Shown: positions 1-12,670 of the stretch, in pieces
How the letters are laid out: each line of letters starts with the position of its first letter
Numbering within the stretch: position 1 is the stretch's first letter
Source of the DNA: Rebecca billardiae RCC1528
Taxonomy: Eukaryota; Protista; Haptophyta
Reading direction: 5' to 3'
Length of the DNA: 64,000 bases
Assembly: GCA_965240325.2 (NCBI GenBank)
Contig: OZ251225.1
Location: 1,612,001 to 1,676,000, forward strand
Program-made: the position numbers and the translations under genes
Notes under the pieces: model-generated
What the model saw: only the letters and a program-made list of their open reading frames with translations
The model's database searches: none
What the model was told of the DNA's origin: nothing

Positions 1-1083
1 GGCGCGCAGATTTTTCACGAACCCACCACAATCACATTCTTCACCCGGACAAATTCAAGCGCAGGCGCACAAGTTTCGAATCCGTCAGAGGAAGCAAAAA
101 GCATTTTGACTAACCATATCGTACCCGCATTTGCCTATCATTCATTCAACGACTACGCGATAAAATAATGTTTAGCGGGAACTCTTGCCCATCTACCCAA
201 GTACCGTACCCATCAAAGATCGAACATGAAAAAATAGAGAGGGCATTGTACCATTGTTGGACACTTGGACTAATGAGGTGTATGATAATGTAGGTACCGA
301 TGGGCGTCTTACTTACTTACGGCAATCGAAGCTTCCATCGGGACAAACCGCCAAGATAGGGGAATCCACGATCGTCCAACCTTCCGCTCAGAAGCTCCCC
401 CCCTAAGACGCTTGGGCCCGCCCGGCCCGTGATGTGCATGCGCAGCGGAGGCGCGCGGTCGAAGTCGCGCTTCGCCGCGTCTGAAAAAGCGCCGTGGTAC
501 CTTTGCGCGCGCTGCGCGCCACTGGGCGCACGGTGGCGGCCGCGCGCCGCCGCGCGGGCCGCATCCTCGCGGCCACTGCCGCCACCGCGAGGCCGCGCGC
601 TCGGGCTGGGTGGGCTGCCAGCCGCGCGTAGGAGCCCGCCGCGCGCGCCCGGCCCGGCTCGCGGCCTACTCGCCGCCCGTGCGCTCGGCACGCGGCCGGC
701 GCGACCCGGGCGGCGTGGCGCGCGAGGTTCGCGCGCCCGCTCGCCGGGCGCGTGAGCGAGTCGGGCGCGTTCGGTCGGCGGCGCCTGAGGGAGCGTGTCC
801 CTCACGAGCTGTAGCGAGCCGGGCTCCCTCGCCTCGACGCCCGAGGCGGTGCGCCGCGCGCGTTCTGTGCCGGTCTGCGGCGGCGCAGTGGCTGCGCTCG
901 CGCACGGATGGCCGCTGGACTTGGATGGGCGCTCTCGAGCGCGTTTGGCGGCGGATCCCACGCGGAGCGCTGGTGCATGCACAGCGACCCGCTCTGTCCG
1001 CCCCCAGCCCGCCTCGTGACGGAGGCCTTGCCCATCGACCGCTCGCGCGCCTCACCGCCGGTGCTAGACCGGAGTCGGGCATG

Positions 1084-1125
1084 GGCCGCACGCGCCGCGC
1101 GGGCCGCACGCGCCGCGCGGGCCGC
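1084..1125. repeat. 18-bp GC tandem repeat (~2.3 copies)
   Basis: ggccgcacgcgccgcgcg repeated. Confidence 0.7.
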
Positions 1126-2359
1126 GCGCGCGCCCGGTCAGCCCACGAAGGTGGCGCGGCATCTGGCGGCACGCGAGGGCAATGCATTTGCAGCAGCCTA
1201 CAGTACCTTTCAGCTGGCATCTCTGCTCAGCCGGTCGCACTCGTTTCTCGCCTTGCTCAGCGCTCGTGCATCTTCATGCCTGCGGTGCTGGAGGAGTGCC
1301 CTCCTGCTGCAGTCATGACCACTGGCTGCAGCCCTTTGAGTGCGCTAGCTGGCAGCGTTCACAGACATGCGGCGCGCGGCGCGTGCTGCTGTCCGCGCCT
1401 AATGAGCCCACAGCTGTGCTGACCTTGGCACAGCAGGGCACAAAGCGCTGCTATTGCCCATAGCAGTGACAGTGTGCCGAGCCGACTGAGCACCGGCTGC
1501 GCATGCGCACAAGCTGAGCTAGCAGGCCCAGCTAGAGTGTTGGCGAGCGACATGCGCAGTTGATGCAGCCTGGGCCGCCCGAGCGCAGCCGCACACGCCC
1601 GTCTCACGGCCGTGCTAGGCATGCCGTGCCCGTGGCTGTGAGTGCGCGCTGTTCACTCAGCAGTTAGCTGCACTCTGAGCTCTGTACTCACTGAGTCACT
1701 GTAGTGTGCGCGAGCCCGCGCGTGTGCAGTGCCGACAGCTCTGCCAGACTCGCCAGAGCCCGAGCAGCAGCACGGATGTAGGGAACGTACAGCACCTGTT
1801 GAGCGGACGACGCTGCTTGACACCCGTTGCCATGCGCACCTGGGACCGCACCACCCGGGCCCGGCCTGCTGATGAGTAGTGTCGACCGCAACTCAGGCAG
1901 GCGACGAGCAGATAGTCGATTGCTGACATCTGCTTATTGACAATCTGCTTCGATTTCCAACTCCAAGACCAAGTAGCCTGCTGGCTGACTGGCGCCTCGG
2001 CCTCGAGCAGCAGACGAGCAGACAGCAGTGGCTCGTCCGTGGCTTGACGGAGCGGTGCGTACTGGCGTACTGCCGACTGCGCGCGTACGGATGGACTCAG
2101 ACGACTCCCAGTCATGATGATGATGCCTCGCATGAGTCATCACGGATGCACGCCAGTCGCCAGACAGCCTCACGCGCACAGCTGCACGCAAATAGATTAG
2201 ATCGCGGCTCGGGTTGGCGCCCCCCCACTCGGGCAGAGACGGCGACGATGACGCCGGGCCGCGATGGCAGCATTCGCCGCGTGGCGCGTGGTGCCCGCGC
2301 GGCGTGCTCAAGGGCCCAAGGCCGCGCGGCCATGTGGAGCACGCAGCTCGCCCGGTCGT

Positions 2360-3025
2360 TCAGTTGGCCGCCGCGAGCGCGCCGCGCTTGTGCGGCTTCG
2401 CGGCCGCCGGCCTCCCCTTGGCCTTGTCGCCCCCCTCAGGCTCGCTCGAGTTGATGACGGTTCGCGAGACAGTGGAGACGCCTGCGCGCGCCCAGAAGCG
2501 CGCGGGTACGGCCGACCACAGCGCCGCCCCTCAGCTGGTGCGCGCGCGACGGCGCGGCCCGACGTGACGGCGCTGTCGGAACGGGGGGCGCGCGCGCGCG
2601 CGCGCACCGTCCACAAACTGCGTGCGGAAGATGACGTTGGCGTTGTTGAACATGCCCTCCTTGAGCGAGACGATGACGAACTGGGACTGGGTGAAGTGGC
2701 GGCGGATCATCGTGCCGATGTTCTGCGTGTGGGACAGGTCGAGCGCCGCGTCCACCTCGTCGAGGATGTACAGCGGCGCCGGCTTGAAGAGCAGCAGCGC
2801 GAGCACGAGCGAGAGCGCCACCAGCGAGCGCTGCCCGCCTGAGAGCTCGAGCAGGGAGCTCTTCCACACGTCGCCGAGCGCCACGTGGATGCACAGCCCG
2901 TCGTGGATGGTCTGGCCGTCGGGCGGCTGCAGCTTGGCGTTCGAGTGCGGCAGCAGCGTCGAGAAGATCGCGCCGAAGTCCGTGTTCACCTTGGCCCAGG
3001 TCTTCTCGAGCGCCTCCTGCGCGGC

Positions 3026-3059
<34 letters not shown>

Positions 3060-6000
3060 AGAGACGGCGCCGCCGCGGGCGCGCGCGCAGTCAGCCAGCC
3101 GCGTGGCGCGGCGCCTCGGCGGCGCGCGTGGGCGCGGACGCTCGAGCCGGGCGGGTGTGCCGCGCGCACCTTCTTCTTCGCGTCGAGCTCGGCGATCACC
3201 TTCTCGATCTTGCCCTTGTCCGCCTCGATGATGGCCTTCTTGCGGCACAGCTCGTCGTGCTCCGCCTCGGCGCGTTCAAACATCGCGAGGGCCTTCTTGT
3301 TGATCCGCTTCGAGAGCGCGTCGTGCTCGGCGCGGAGCGAGGCGAGGCGCGTGGCGGCGGCGCCGACGTCGCGCGCGCCGAAGTCGTAGTCCGTGCCCGC
3401 CACGCCGAAGTACTTCTCCTCCTCGCCGATCCACGCGTGCTGCCTGAGCAGCGCGCTCACCGCGGCGCCGGCGCTCTCGGCCTCGCGCTTGGCGCGCGCA
3501 AGCTTCTGCTCGCTGCGCTTCGCGTCGAGCTTGGCCTCGTCGACGCGCTTGGCGAGGGCGGCGGCCTCGGCGCGCAGGCTCGACGCGCGCTGCGCGTGCG
3601 CCGCGAGCTGCTCGCGCTGGGCGCCCAGCTGCTCGTCCAGCTCCGCCGCGCGCGCGCGCTTGGCGGCGAGCGCGGCTTCCATGGCTGACGCCTCGGCCGC
3701 GATCGCGGCGGCGTCGCGCTCGGCCGCGTCGGCCTGCGCGAGCAGCGCGGTGCGCTCGTCGTCGGTGGAGGCCTGCGCGAGGCGCGCGCGCTCGGCCTCG
3801 TCGCGCGCGGCGCCGAGGCCCTTCGCCAGCCGCGCCACCGCCTTCTTCTCCTCGCCGATCTGCTTCTTGAGCAGCTTGAGCTGCGCGCCGTGGTCCTTGG
3901 AGAACGCGTCCTGCTGCTGCCGCAGCTCGGCGATGCGCGCGCGCGCACACGCCTCGGCGGCGTGCGCGCTCGCCTGCGCGGCGTCGCACGCCTTCGCGTC
4001 GGCGGCGAGCGCGTCGCGCGCGGCGAGGAGCTGCCCGTACGCCGACGCCGCCAGCCGCTCACGCGCCAGCTGCTGCGCCTGCTCCGAGAGCTGAAGCTCG
4101 CCCTGCAGCCGGGCCGCCTCGTCCGCCTCGGCCGCGGCGCGCTCGAGCCGCGCGCCGAGCTCGCGCGCGCCCGCCTCGGCGGCGTCGGCGTCGGCGCGGA
4201 GGGTGCGCAGCTGGCCCATGCGCGCGAGGAGGCCCTCGCCCGCGGGCGCGCGCGAGCCGCCCGTCAGCGTGCCCTGCGGGTTGAACAGGTCGCCCTGCAG
4301 CGTGACGCACGCGACGCCGACTCGCTTGTCGAACGCGCACGCGCGCGCCGCGTCCGCGTCCGCGCACACGAGCGCGCCGCCGAACGCGTACTGCACGGCG
4401 GCCTCGAGGTCGGCGTCGTACTCGAGCAGCTCGAGCGGCGACCACACACTGCCCGCGCCCACGAGCTTCCGCGCCGCCTCGAGCTTCGCCGCGGGCACCG
4501 CCTTGGCCGCGATCCGGTTGAGCGGAACGAACGTCGTGCGGCGCGCGAGCTTGCCGCGCTCCAGCAGCTGCTTCGCGGTGCCGTCCGTGTCCACGACGAC
4601 GTGGTGCAGCCGGCCGCCGGCGGCGACCTCGAGCGCGACGGCCATGCGCTGCTCGGTGACGCGCACCAGCTCGACGATCGGCCCCTTCACGCGCGACGCG
4701 TCGAACGACGACGACGGCTTGGCGTACTCGAAGCGCGCAGCCGAGAGCCGCGCGCCCAGCGCGTCGGCCTTGGCGCGCGCGCCCGCGGCCGCGGTCTCGC
4801 GCTCGCGGTGCTCGGCCGTGAGGGAGGCGACGGCGGACTCGCTGGCGGCGAGGGCAGAGAGGCGCTCGCGCGCGGCGGCCTCCGCCGAGACCAGCCCGTC
4901 GAGCTCCGCCTGCAGCGCCTCGCCCTCCTTCTTTGCGCCGCGCAGCTTCTTGTCCGCGTCGCCGAGCTCCTTAGCCACGTGCTTGGCGCGCAGCGCCGCC
5001 TGCTTGGCGGCCGAGACGGCGGCGGTCTGCGCGTCGGCCGCGGCCTGGATCTGCGCGGTGAGCGTGTTCGCCGTGGCGTCCGCGCCCACGCCCAGCTGCG
5101 CCTCGTACGTCGCCTCGCGCTGCCGCAGCTGCTCGGCCGCCGCGTCGTGCTCGGCGGTGAGCGCGTCGACACGCTCGCTGAGCGCGCCCGCGTCAGCCTC
5201 GGCGCCCTGTGCCGACAGCTCCTTGGCAGCGGCGCGATGCGCCGCGGCGGCGTCGCGCTCGCGCTGCGCGGCGTCGCGCTTGTGCGTGTACGCGGCCGTC
5301 GCCTTCACCACCTCGCGCTCGAGCTCCTCCGCCTCGCCCTCCAGCGCGCGGAACGCCGCGCTCGTCTGGCGCTCGCGCTCGGCAAGAGCCGCCTCGGCGT
5401 CCGCCTCGCGCGCCGCCTTGTCGCGCGCGGCGTTCTCGATGGTGAGCAGCTGGCGCGCGTGCTCGGTCTTCGCGGCGTCGGCGGCGGCGGCGGCACCCTC
5501 GCGCGCCTGGCGTGCCGCGTGGTACTCGTGCGCCGTGCACAGCCGCTCGAGCCGCTCGCACTCCGCGGAGGACGCGGTGAAGGCCATGAACTGCGAGCGC
5601 TCCGAGCGGAGCTTGTCGAGCGTCGGCGAGATCTCGTCCTCGAGCACCTTCTTGATCTCGTCGACCTTGGCGTCCTTCTTCTCGATCGTCTTGACGGCGG
5701 ACTCGCGCTTCATCTCGAACATCCGCGTGCCCGCCGCCTCCTCGATCATGCCGAGCACCTCGGGCGGCTTCATGTTGATCACCTTGGTGATCCGCCCCTG
5801 CATGATGAGGAAGTGCGGGTTGTTCACGTTCAGCTGCACGGAGTGGAAGAGGTTCTGCACGCGGCTGAGCTGCGCGGTGTGCCCGTTGATCAGGTACTTG
5901 TTCCGCCCGCCGATCACCACCTGCCGCGTCACCGTGATCTGCTCGAACTCCTCGTAGCCGACCGGGCTGTGCTCGCGCTCCGAGTTGTTGAACACGATCG

Positions 6001-6238
6001 TCACGCTCGCCTTCGTCACGCCCGCCTGCCCCTGCTTGTACACGAGCTCGTTCAGGTTGCCCGCGCGGACCTGTGAGAGGTTCGAGATGCCGAGCACGAA
6101 GCAGATCGAGTCGAGGATGTTCGACTTGCCCGACCCGTTCAGCCCCGTGATCGCGTTGAATCGGCGGTCGAAGCCAGCGATGACTGTGCGCGTCGCGTAC
6201 GACTTGAAGCCGTCGACGATGATCTCCTCGATGTACAT
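2360..6238 (-). CDS. SMC2: Structural maintenance of chromosomes protein 2 (condensin SMC subunit), 3 exons: 6238-3170, 3016-2608, 2481-2360 (~1199 aa)
   Basis: N-terminus MYIEEIIVDGFKSYA...FNAITGLNGSGKSNILD (Walker A); hinge with VTLQGDLFNPQGTLTGGS; LSGGQRSL signature; PAPLYILDEVDAALDLSHTQNIG; GT-AG introns 3017-3169 and 2482-2607 restore FVDGVSTVSR. Confidence 0.97.
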
Positions 6239-6487
6239 GGTGCCACGCAGGCCTACGCGCGCTGCCGCGCTCGCTCGCCCCGCCGCTGCTGCGAGCCTGC
6301 CGCTCGCTCCTCTCCCCGCGCGCGCTGCCGCACGCTTGCAGCGCCCGCGCTGCTGCTGCTCTCTCGGGAGCAACCGGCTGGTGCACACACCTCTCCTCCT
6401 CGCCAGTTCAAATGCCGCAATGGCGGCCAGAGTCCGGACCAGCCACTCTGATAGCCGGACTTTGTCTGGCAGTGCCGGCCGGCCGCC

Positions 6488-7129
6488 ATGGCCATGCGCG
6501 CGCTCGTCGTGCTCATGCTCGCGCGGGACGTGGTGAGTCTGCGGCACTGGCCGAGCGTCCTGACGAGGGGCACGCGGCTGAGCGCGCAAGGCAGCGGCAC
6601 GCGGATGCTCTTCGGCCTCGGCCGGCCGCCACCACCTCAGGCCGAGGTGACGAGCAGGTGCTTTCTCGACGTGTGCGTGCTCAGCCCGGCTGGAGACAGC
6701 AAGTTCGAGGTGGGTCGCCTCGAGCTCTCGCTCTTTGAGAACGACGCGCCGCTCTCGTGCGCGCGCTTTCGGGCGTTGTGCTCCGGAGAGGGCGGCGCGT
6801 CCTACAAGGGCTCCACGTTCCACCGCACGCTCAGGGAGTTCATCGTGCAAGGCGGGAAGCTCGACGAGGCCGTGGAGCCCTTCGTCGAAGCTGCCAACGG
6901 GTTGCGCCACATCGAGGGCGCGCTTTCCATGAGCAACGACGGCGGATCATCGACCTCGGAATTCTTCGTCACGCTGCGGGAGGCGCCGGAGCTCGACGGA
7001 GACTTTTGCGTGTTCGGGCAGGTGAGCGGCGGCATGAAGGAGGTTGTGCGCGACATCGACCGGCGGGCGGGCTCGGTCGACGGCGAGCCGTGGTGCACGT
7101 ACGTCATCACCGGCGGGGGCGTCTTGTGA
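6488..7129 (+). CDS. Cyclophilin-type peptidyl-prolyl isomerase with N-terminal targeting presequence
   Basis: FRALCSGE, YKGSTFHR, FIVQGG, GALSMSN, FFVT, LDG..VFGQV motifs; hydrophobic N-terminus followed by an R/S-rich segment. Confidence 0.9.
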   Translation: MAMRALVVLMLARDVVSLRHWPSVLTRGTRLSAQGSGTRMLFGLGRPPPPQAEVTSRCFLDVCVLSPAGDSKFEVGRLELSLFENDAPLSCARFRALCSGEGGASYKGSTFHRTLREFIVQGGKLDEAVEPFVEAANGLRHIEGALSMSNDGGSSTSEFFVTLREAPELDGDFCVFGQVSGGMKEVVRDIDRRAGSVDGEPWCTYVITGGGVL

Positions 7130-7679
7130 GCGCGCTACCAATGCGCTTCGACTGCGTTCCCACATGGCGCCGGCGAGAGCCGAGGCCGGCTTCAAATTCG
7201 GCGAGCGCGAGTTCTGCCGTGTGCGTCGGCCCCCCGCCTTGGCCACCCCGCTGCTTAGTTACGAGACGCGCGCCCGCGCCTGCCCGCGGCCTGGGCCATT
7301 CTGCATTCACCGCAGATATGTTACATACATCGGCCAATTCATCATGCATGACAGTCACACTCGTAGCAGCGGCACCGTCAGCGTCAAGCGATCCACTTAG
7401 GAGCCGCTGCAGCGACGGAGTTGGCGCGCCGGTTGGTCACAAAGGCAAAGCGGTCGCCTCGGCATTATCGCGCTTTTCCGCTTTTCCGCTTTTCCGCCCA
7501 ACCGGCAACCGTCTTCCCCAATAGGCGCGTTCAGGCTCAGGTTACTTAGTAATTCGGCCGCGGGGCCACCGGACTTCGCCGCGGCCCTGCACTGGCTCCA
7601 CAGCTGGCGCACGCGTGCGTCCACCTTGCCCTGGGGTTCGCCCGAGGGTGGTGTTCGCTCGGCGAGTCCAGCCCCCAGG

Positions 7680-10600
7680 ATGTCGCACACGCGCACGGAC
7701 CTCGAGTTCCTATTCACGGGGAAGAAGGGCAACACCCCGCTGTGCATCCTGTGCTGGGCGCGACCCTATCAGAACGACAAGAAGGAGACGATCATCTACT
7801 TTGAGGACCGAACAGTGGTCGAGGTCGAGAACAGCCTCACATTCCGGGAGATCAAGTACCGGCACTCATATCCCGCTCCTCCGCACAGGGTACACCCCGC
7901 GACCGATCGCACCTGCCGCCGCGCGCCGCCTCTCACGCCCGAGCCCTCGTACCGCGCCGCGCTGCGCCGGATGTTGTGCCGCGGCCAGGTGAGGATCCTG
8001 TGGTCGAGGCTGAGATGCGCATGGTCGTGCATGGAGTCCAGGAACAAGTCGCTGCCCGCGGCCGAGTTTGAGAGCTCCTTCACGGCCGTGACCGACGAGG
8101 TGCGCATGCGGGCGCATGGGCCCAGACCGACCCGCGCACGCGAGCCGATCACGCGCGGTGGCTCACGCGGAGCGCGCGCGCTGGTGTGCGCTCACGGCGC
8201 GCGCAGAAGGCGAGCCTGGTCTCGATGGGCTTCGACGGCTCGGAGGTGCTCGTGCTGCAGACAACCTCGGGCGAGATCGAGCCGTCGCTGGACCTCGTCA
8301 CGAGCATGAACCGCGTCCTGTCCCACACGGGCGACGCGAACGGCGCTGAGCCGGCCGGCGCGGCGAGTGGCGGCAGCGGCAGCGGCAGCGGCAGCGGCAG
8401 CGGCAGCGGCGCCGGTGGGGCCTCCGGCGGCGGAGGCGGCGGTGGTGCGCGCGGCGCGGGCGCTCGCGCGCGGCGCGAGCCGGCCGGCGCGCCGGCCGAG
8501 CCCACTGAGGAGGACCGCGAGGAGGAGGCGCGCCGGCTCGCGCTGCAGATGGAGCTGATCGAGGCGGAGGCGGCCGAGAAGGACCGCGTGCAGCGCAAGA
8601 AGGAGAAGAAGAAGAAGCGGCAGCAGAAGCAGCGGGAGAAGAAGAACACGACGAGCGGCGGCGCCAAGGCCGAGGACGGCGCGGGCGAGGACGACGGCGC
8701 GGACGAGCACGACGCGGACGGCGAGCCCAAGCCCGCCTCCGACGGCAGCGGCGCGCCGGCCGCCGCGGAGCAGGACGCAGAGGAGAGCTCGTCGGCTGGT
8801 GAGGATGGCGAGGAGGACGAGCTGCTGGGAGAGCTGCTGAGCGCACGGCGGGCGGCCGGCGCACACGGCGCGGGCGCGCACGCGGCCGCGGCCATCAAGC
8901 CCCGCTTGGCCCCGGCCGCCACGACCAGCTCGCACGCGGAGCGCTCCGGAGGCGGCGGCCGGCAGTCGGCGACCGCCGGCTCTCCCGGCGCGTCGGCAAA
9001 GTCGGCGGCGGCCGCATCGGCGCGCACGCTGGGAAGCCCACCCGCGCGCGCGGGCGCGACGCCATCGGGGGGCGAGTGGGGCAGCTCGCCGCAGTGGTTC
9101 TCGTCGCGGAGCACGGGCGGCGCCTCGCCGTCCCCGCCCGCCGCCGGCGCGTCGAAAGCCGCGGCGCGCGGCGGCGGCGTCACAGAGGCTGCTGCGCGGC
9201 AGCCGCCAAACAGGGCCGCGGCCGCGGCGGCCGCTGCCGCTTGGCCCTCCGCCGCCGCCCCAAGCCCGCCGCCCGCCTCGCACGTCTCGCCTGGGTCGAC
9301 GTGGTCGGACAAGCTCAAGCGAGCGCCGCCCGCCTCGTCCGCGATGCCACAGGCAGCGCAGATGACGGAGCAGCCGCGGCTGCCCTCGGCCGCGCACGCC
9401 GCGCCGGCGCCTCCGGTGGTCCGAGCCGGCACACCAGCGGGCGCCCACGGCGCTGGCGGCGGCAACTGCGACAGCAGCTCGGGCAATGGCGGCAGCGGCG
9501 GCAGCGAGCCGGCGGCCGCTTCGGATGCCTCGCCCTCCGCACCGCCGCCGCGCCTCGCGCCGCACCAGCTCGGCGCCGACCCTCCCCGGCCGGAGCGGCG
9601 CGCTGCCAGCTTCAGCGGCGTGCTGCCCGTCGGTGCCGCGGCCGGCGCCTCCACCGCCGCGCAGCCTCCGCCTGGCTTCGAGTCGATCGTCGAGCAGATC
9701 GGGAACGGCGATGCGAGCGGCATGCTCGACCAGGTCGGGCTGCAGCCCCACGGCAGCTCCGCCGTGGCCCCCACCTCCGCTATGCGCTCACGATCGCTTG
9801 ACTCGTACTCTCAGCCGGCGGCGCTCGCAGCCTCGGGCAGAGACGCGCGGAGCGGCGCCGCGGGCCGTTCGGCGGAGCACGCGCCTTCCGCAGGGCTCGG
9901 CGGCTGGTTGGCGTGGCAGCCCGGCGCGGCCGCACGGCCACATGCCGCTGACGACGGCGCCACCGCGGTGGCGGAGCGCGCCGTTCTGCAGCAGCGCGTG
10001 GGCGATCTCGAGCAGGAGCTCATGCGCGCGCGCTCGGCTGCGGGCGCCCTGGAGGCCCGGCTTGCTGAGACCGAGGTGTGTGTGCGCACCCGCGCGGGGG
10101 CGGGCGCTGTCCACGGGGCTTGGCGCGCGAACGGCCAGTCGCCGTGGCCTCGGGGCGACCAGCGCGCCCACGCACCACGCCCGCGCGCGCTCATCGCGCC
10201 CGCGCGTGCGTGCGCGCGCTCCCGTGCCCCCGGCGCCCCGCGCGCGCGCAGGCCAAGCACCGTGCGGAGGTCTCGGCGCTGCGCGACAAGCTCAACGTCG
10301 CGCTGCAGTGGGCCATGCAGGCCATGGGCTCGGAGCAAGCGATGCAGCTGCAGGTCGGCGCGGCCCAGCCGCCGCCGCTGTCCGCTCGCGCTCCTGGCTC
10401 GTCCGTGGGCGCCGGTCCGGCCAGGTCAGCAGGCTCGGGTTGCACCAGTTGCGCGGTCGGTGCTGCGACTCACCACGGCGCCCCCAGCGCTGGCCTCGTG
10501 CCGACCTCGCAGCAGCACCTCGCCGCCGCTCAGCCCGCGATCAGTCAGGTGGCCGGCCCAGCGCTGGCATCAGCGCACCGGGAGGTCGATCCGGGCAGCT

Positions 10601-10683
10601 TGGCCTCCATGCGCGCCGGCTGGGGTGGGATTGGCCAGGTCGCCGGCATCGGAATGACGAGCAGCAGCCTATGGAGCGCATGA
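7680..10683 (+). CDS. Hypothetical multi-exon protein: globular N-terminus, K-rich coiled coil, long low-complexity region, C-terminal coiled coil
   Basis: Coding-like codon usage from ATG 7680; GT-AG introns 8100-8206 and 10076-10251 join the frames; a probable first intron (~7856-7993) has uncertain boundaries. Confidence 0.65.
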
Positions 10684-12285
10684 TCTGAGTTCCGCTGCCT
10701 GAGCCAGCAAGCCGCTTTGCGGCGCTCGCCGCTCGCGTTGCTCGATTGGTACACAGCAACTGGACGGTAACTAGTAGCCAGCCTGTCGAAGCGAGAGTCA
10801 GAGTGTGAACGCCTGCCAGTCAGGCCAGTGAGTGTGAGTTACTTCAGTTCAACTGGCATCAGGCCGGAGCCAGGCTGCGCGCGCGCACGCGGCTGCCAGG
10901 CGCCGCACGGCAAGGCTGCCGCCCCGCTGCTCAGTCAGGACTTCCGAGAGTCTCCCGCCGCGCTGCTCCCGGGGTACCCGGGGCCCCGGGGGAGCAGTTC
11001 CGCTGACTCACATTCGTCAGCTTATATTTCACTGCGCATCACAGTATCAGAGTGCTCAGTGTCACTGATTCAGTGACTCAGATGAGTGTGACTGCTCCGA
11101 TCGGGCCTTTATTCAGACAATCAGACGTCGTGCTAGACCGGGCCGACCGACGTTGAACTACAGCCATCCGCCAGGGAATCTGACCGAAGAGCGGCTTGCA
11201 CCTCAATCTGCCTGACGCGGCGGGCATCGGTCGCGGACTGTGTGATGCCTTCAGATGCGGCGTCTAGCTCATTAACTACCGCTACGGAGTTCGGAATACA
11301 GATATTGGACCCCGACTCCGCTCCGACGACACTACGACTGAGTCTGAATCGTGGCACCAACGTCGACTTGTTGTCGATCTGGCACTTCCCGCCGACGAAT
11401 CCGTCCGCAGCGCCGCCGGCCCCGGCTCCGTGGCGTCTGTCATAAGCCAGGTGGAGGGGGTCCATGGATGAGCTCTGTAGAACTCAATTGACTACTGCTA
11501 CTGGTCACTGTATCCACCCCCCGTACTGCGGGCAAGGTGCGCTCAGAGTCAGGGCACCACTGCCACTGGCCGTGAACGCGAGGCGGCGGGCAAAACGACG
11601 ACGACACTGAAGAGCCGCTGCATCCATCGTCACATGGACGTTTTTACTACGGTAGATCCGGGTACTTGTTTGCACGTCATCGTCCGGCTCTCATCGGCTT
11701 GCTCAGAAGTGCCTACCCGTACTGTACGGTCAGGCTCGTCGCCACGTCGACTTCGCGAAGCACTTTCGGACGGTACGTGCACACTCCCCAAGCACTTTCG
11801 GTACGTCGCCCCCCGCCCGTGCGGCGGGACTCCTGCCGCACCCGCGCTGCTCAGCACAAGGGATGTTTTGCTAGGGTAATTTGCAAATGACGAGTCATGA
11901 CATGATTCCACTTCTCACTGCAAGGCTGATGTGCAATGCAGTTCGGTGCGCGGGTCGGACGCACGGAGCTTGCGCGTGCCGTGTGCGGGCTCGCGCGTTC
12001 TCTTAGGTACCCGTGTTTTGATTCAGCCAGCGCCAATACCCCCTTGTGCCCGCGGGCGTTCCCAGCAGTCGTGGACTGATGAGGCCATTCACATCGTGAT
12101 ACGTGGTGGCGTGCACGTCATCGAACTGGCATGCATTCAGCCTGCGGCTGGTGCCAACCGTCACCGTGTGACCCGTACTCGGCCCGACAGCAGTACGGGT
12201 GCCCCCAGTCATCATCGGACTGAGCCGTCAGACTTCAGGCCATTCACTCTCGTCATTCAGCTCGGGTGGTGGGCGTTATTGTACA

Positions 12286-12310
12286 ATATATATATATATA
12301 TATATATATA
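12286..12310. repeat. Short (AT)n microsatellite
   Basis: Direct reading. Confidence 0.95.
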
Positions 12311-12370
12311 CATACTACATAGGATATACCGCCGACCGTGCGCGGCTGGCCGCCATCATGATCATGAATA

Positions 12371-12495
<125 letters not shown>

Positions 12496-12670
12496 GTAGA
12501 ATTAGTATCCGCCGTGCCGGCGTGCCGCCACCAGGCACGCCGCAAGGGGGCGCCGCGGGCGCAATCCGACGGACATGCATCAATCATGGCAGCGCATGCA
12601 GTCTGTGAGCCCTCAGGCTGAGCACGAGTGCCGCAGCCGGCGCCACGGCGACGGTGGCGACTGGCGAGGC

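Noticed and set aside
6239-6910. N-terminal extension of the SMC2 ORF in the track
   Set aside because: Conserved SMC2 starts at MYIEE (6238); the extension is the antisense of the cyclophilin and its promoter
12076-12130. CTGATGAG hammerhead-core-like word (also near 1869 and 63723)
   Set aside because: No stem II followed by GAAA and no stem III/UH arrangement
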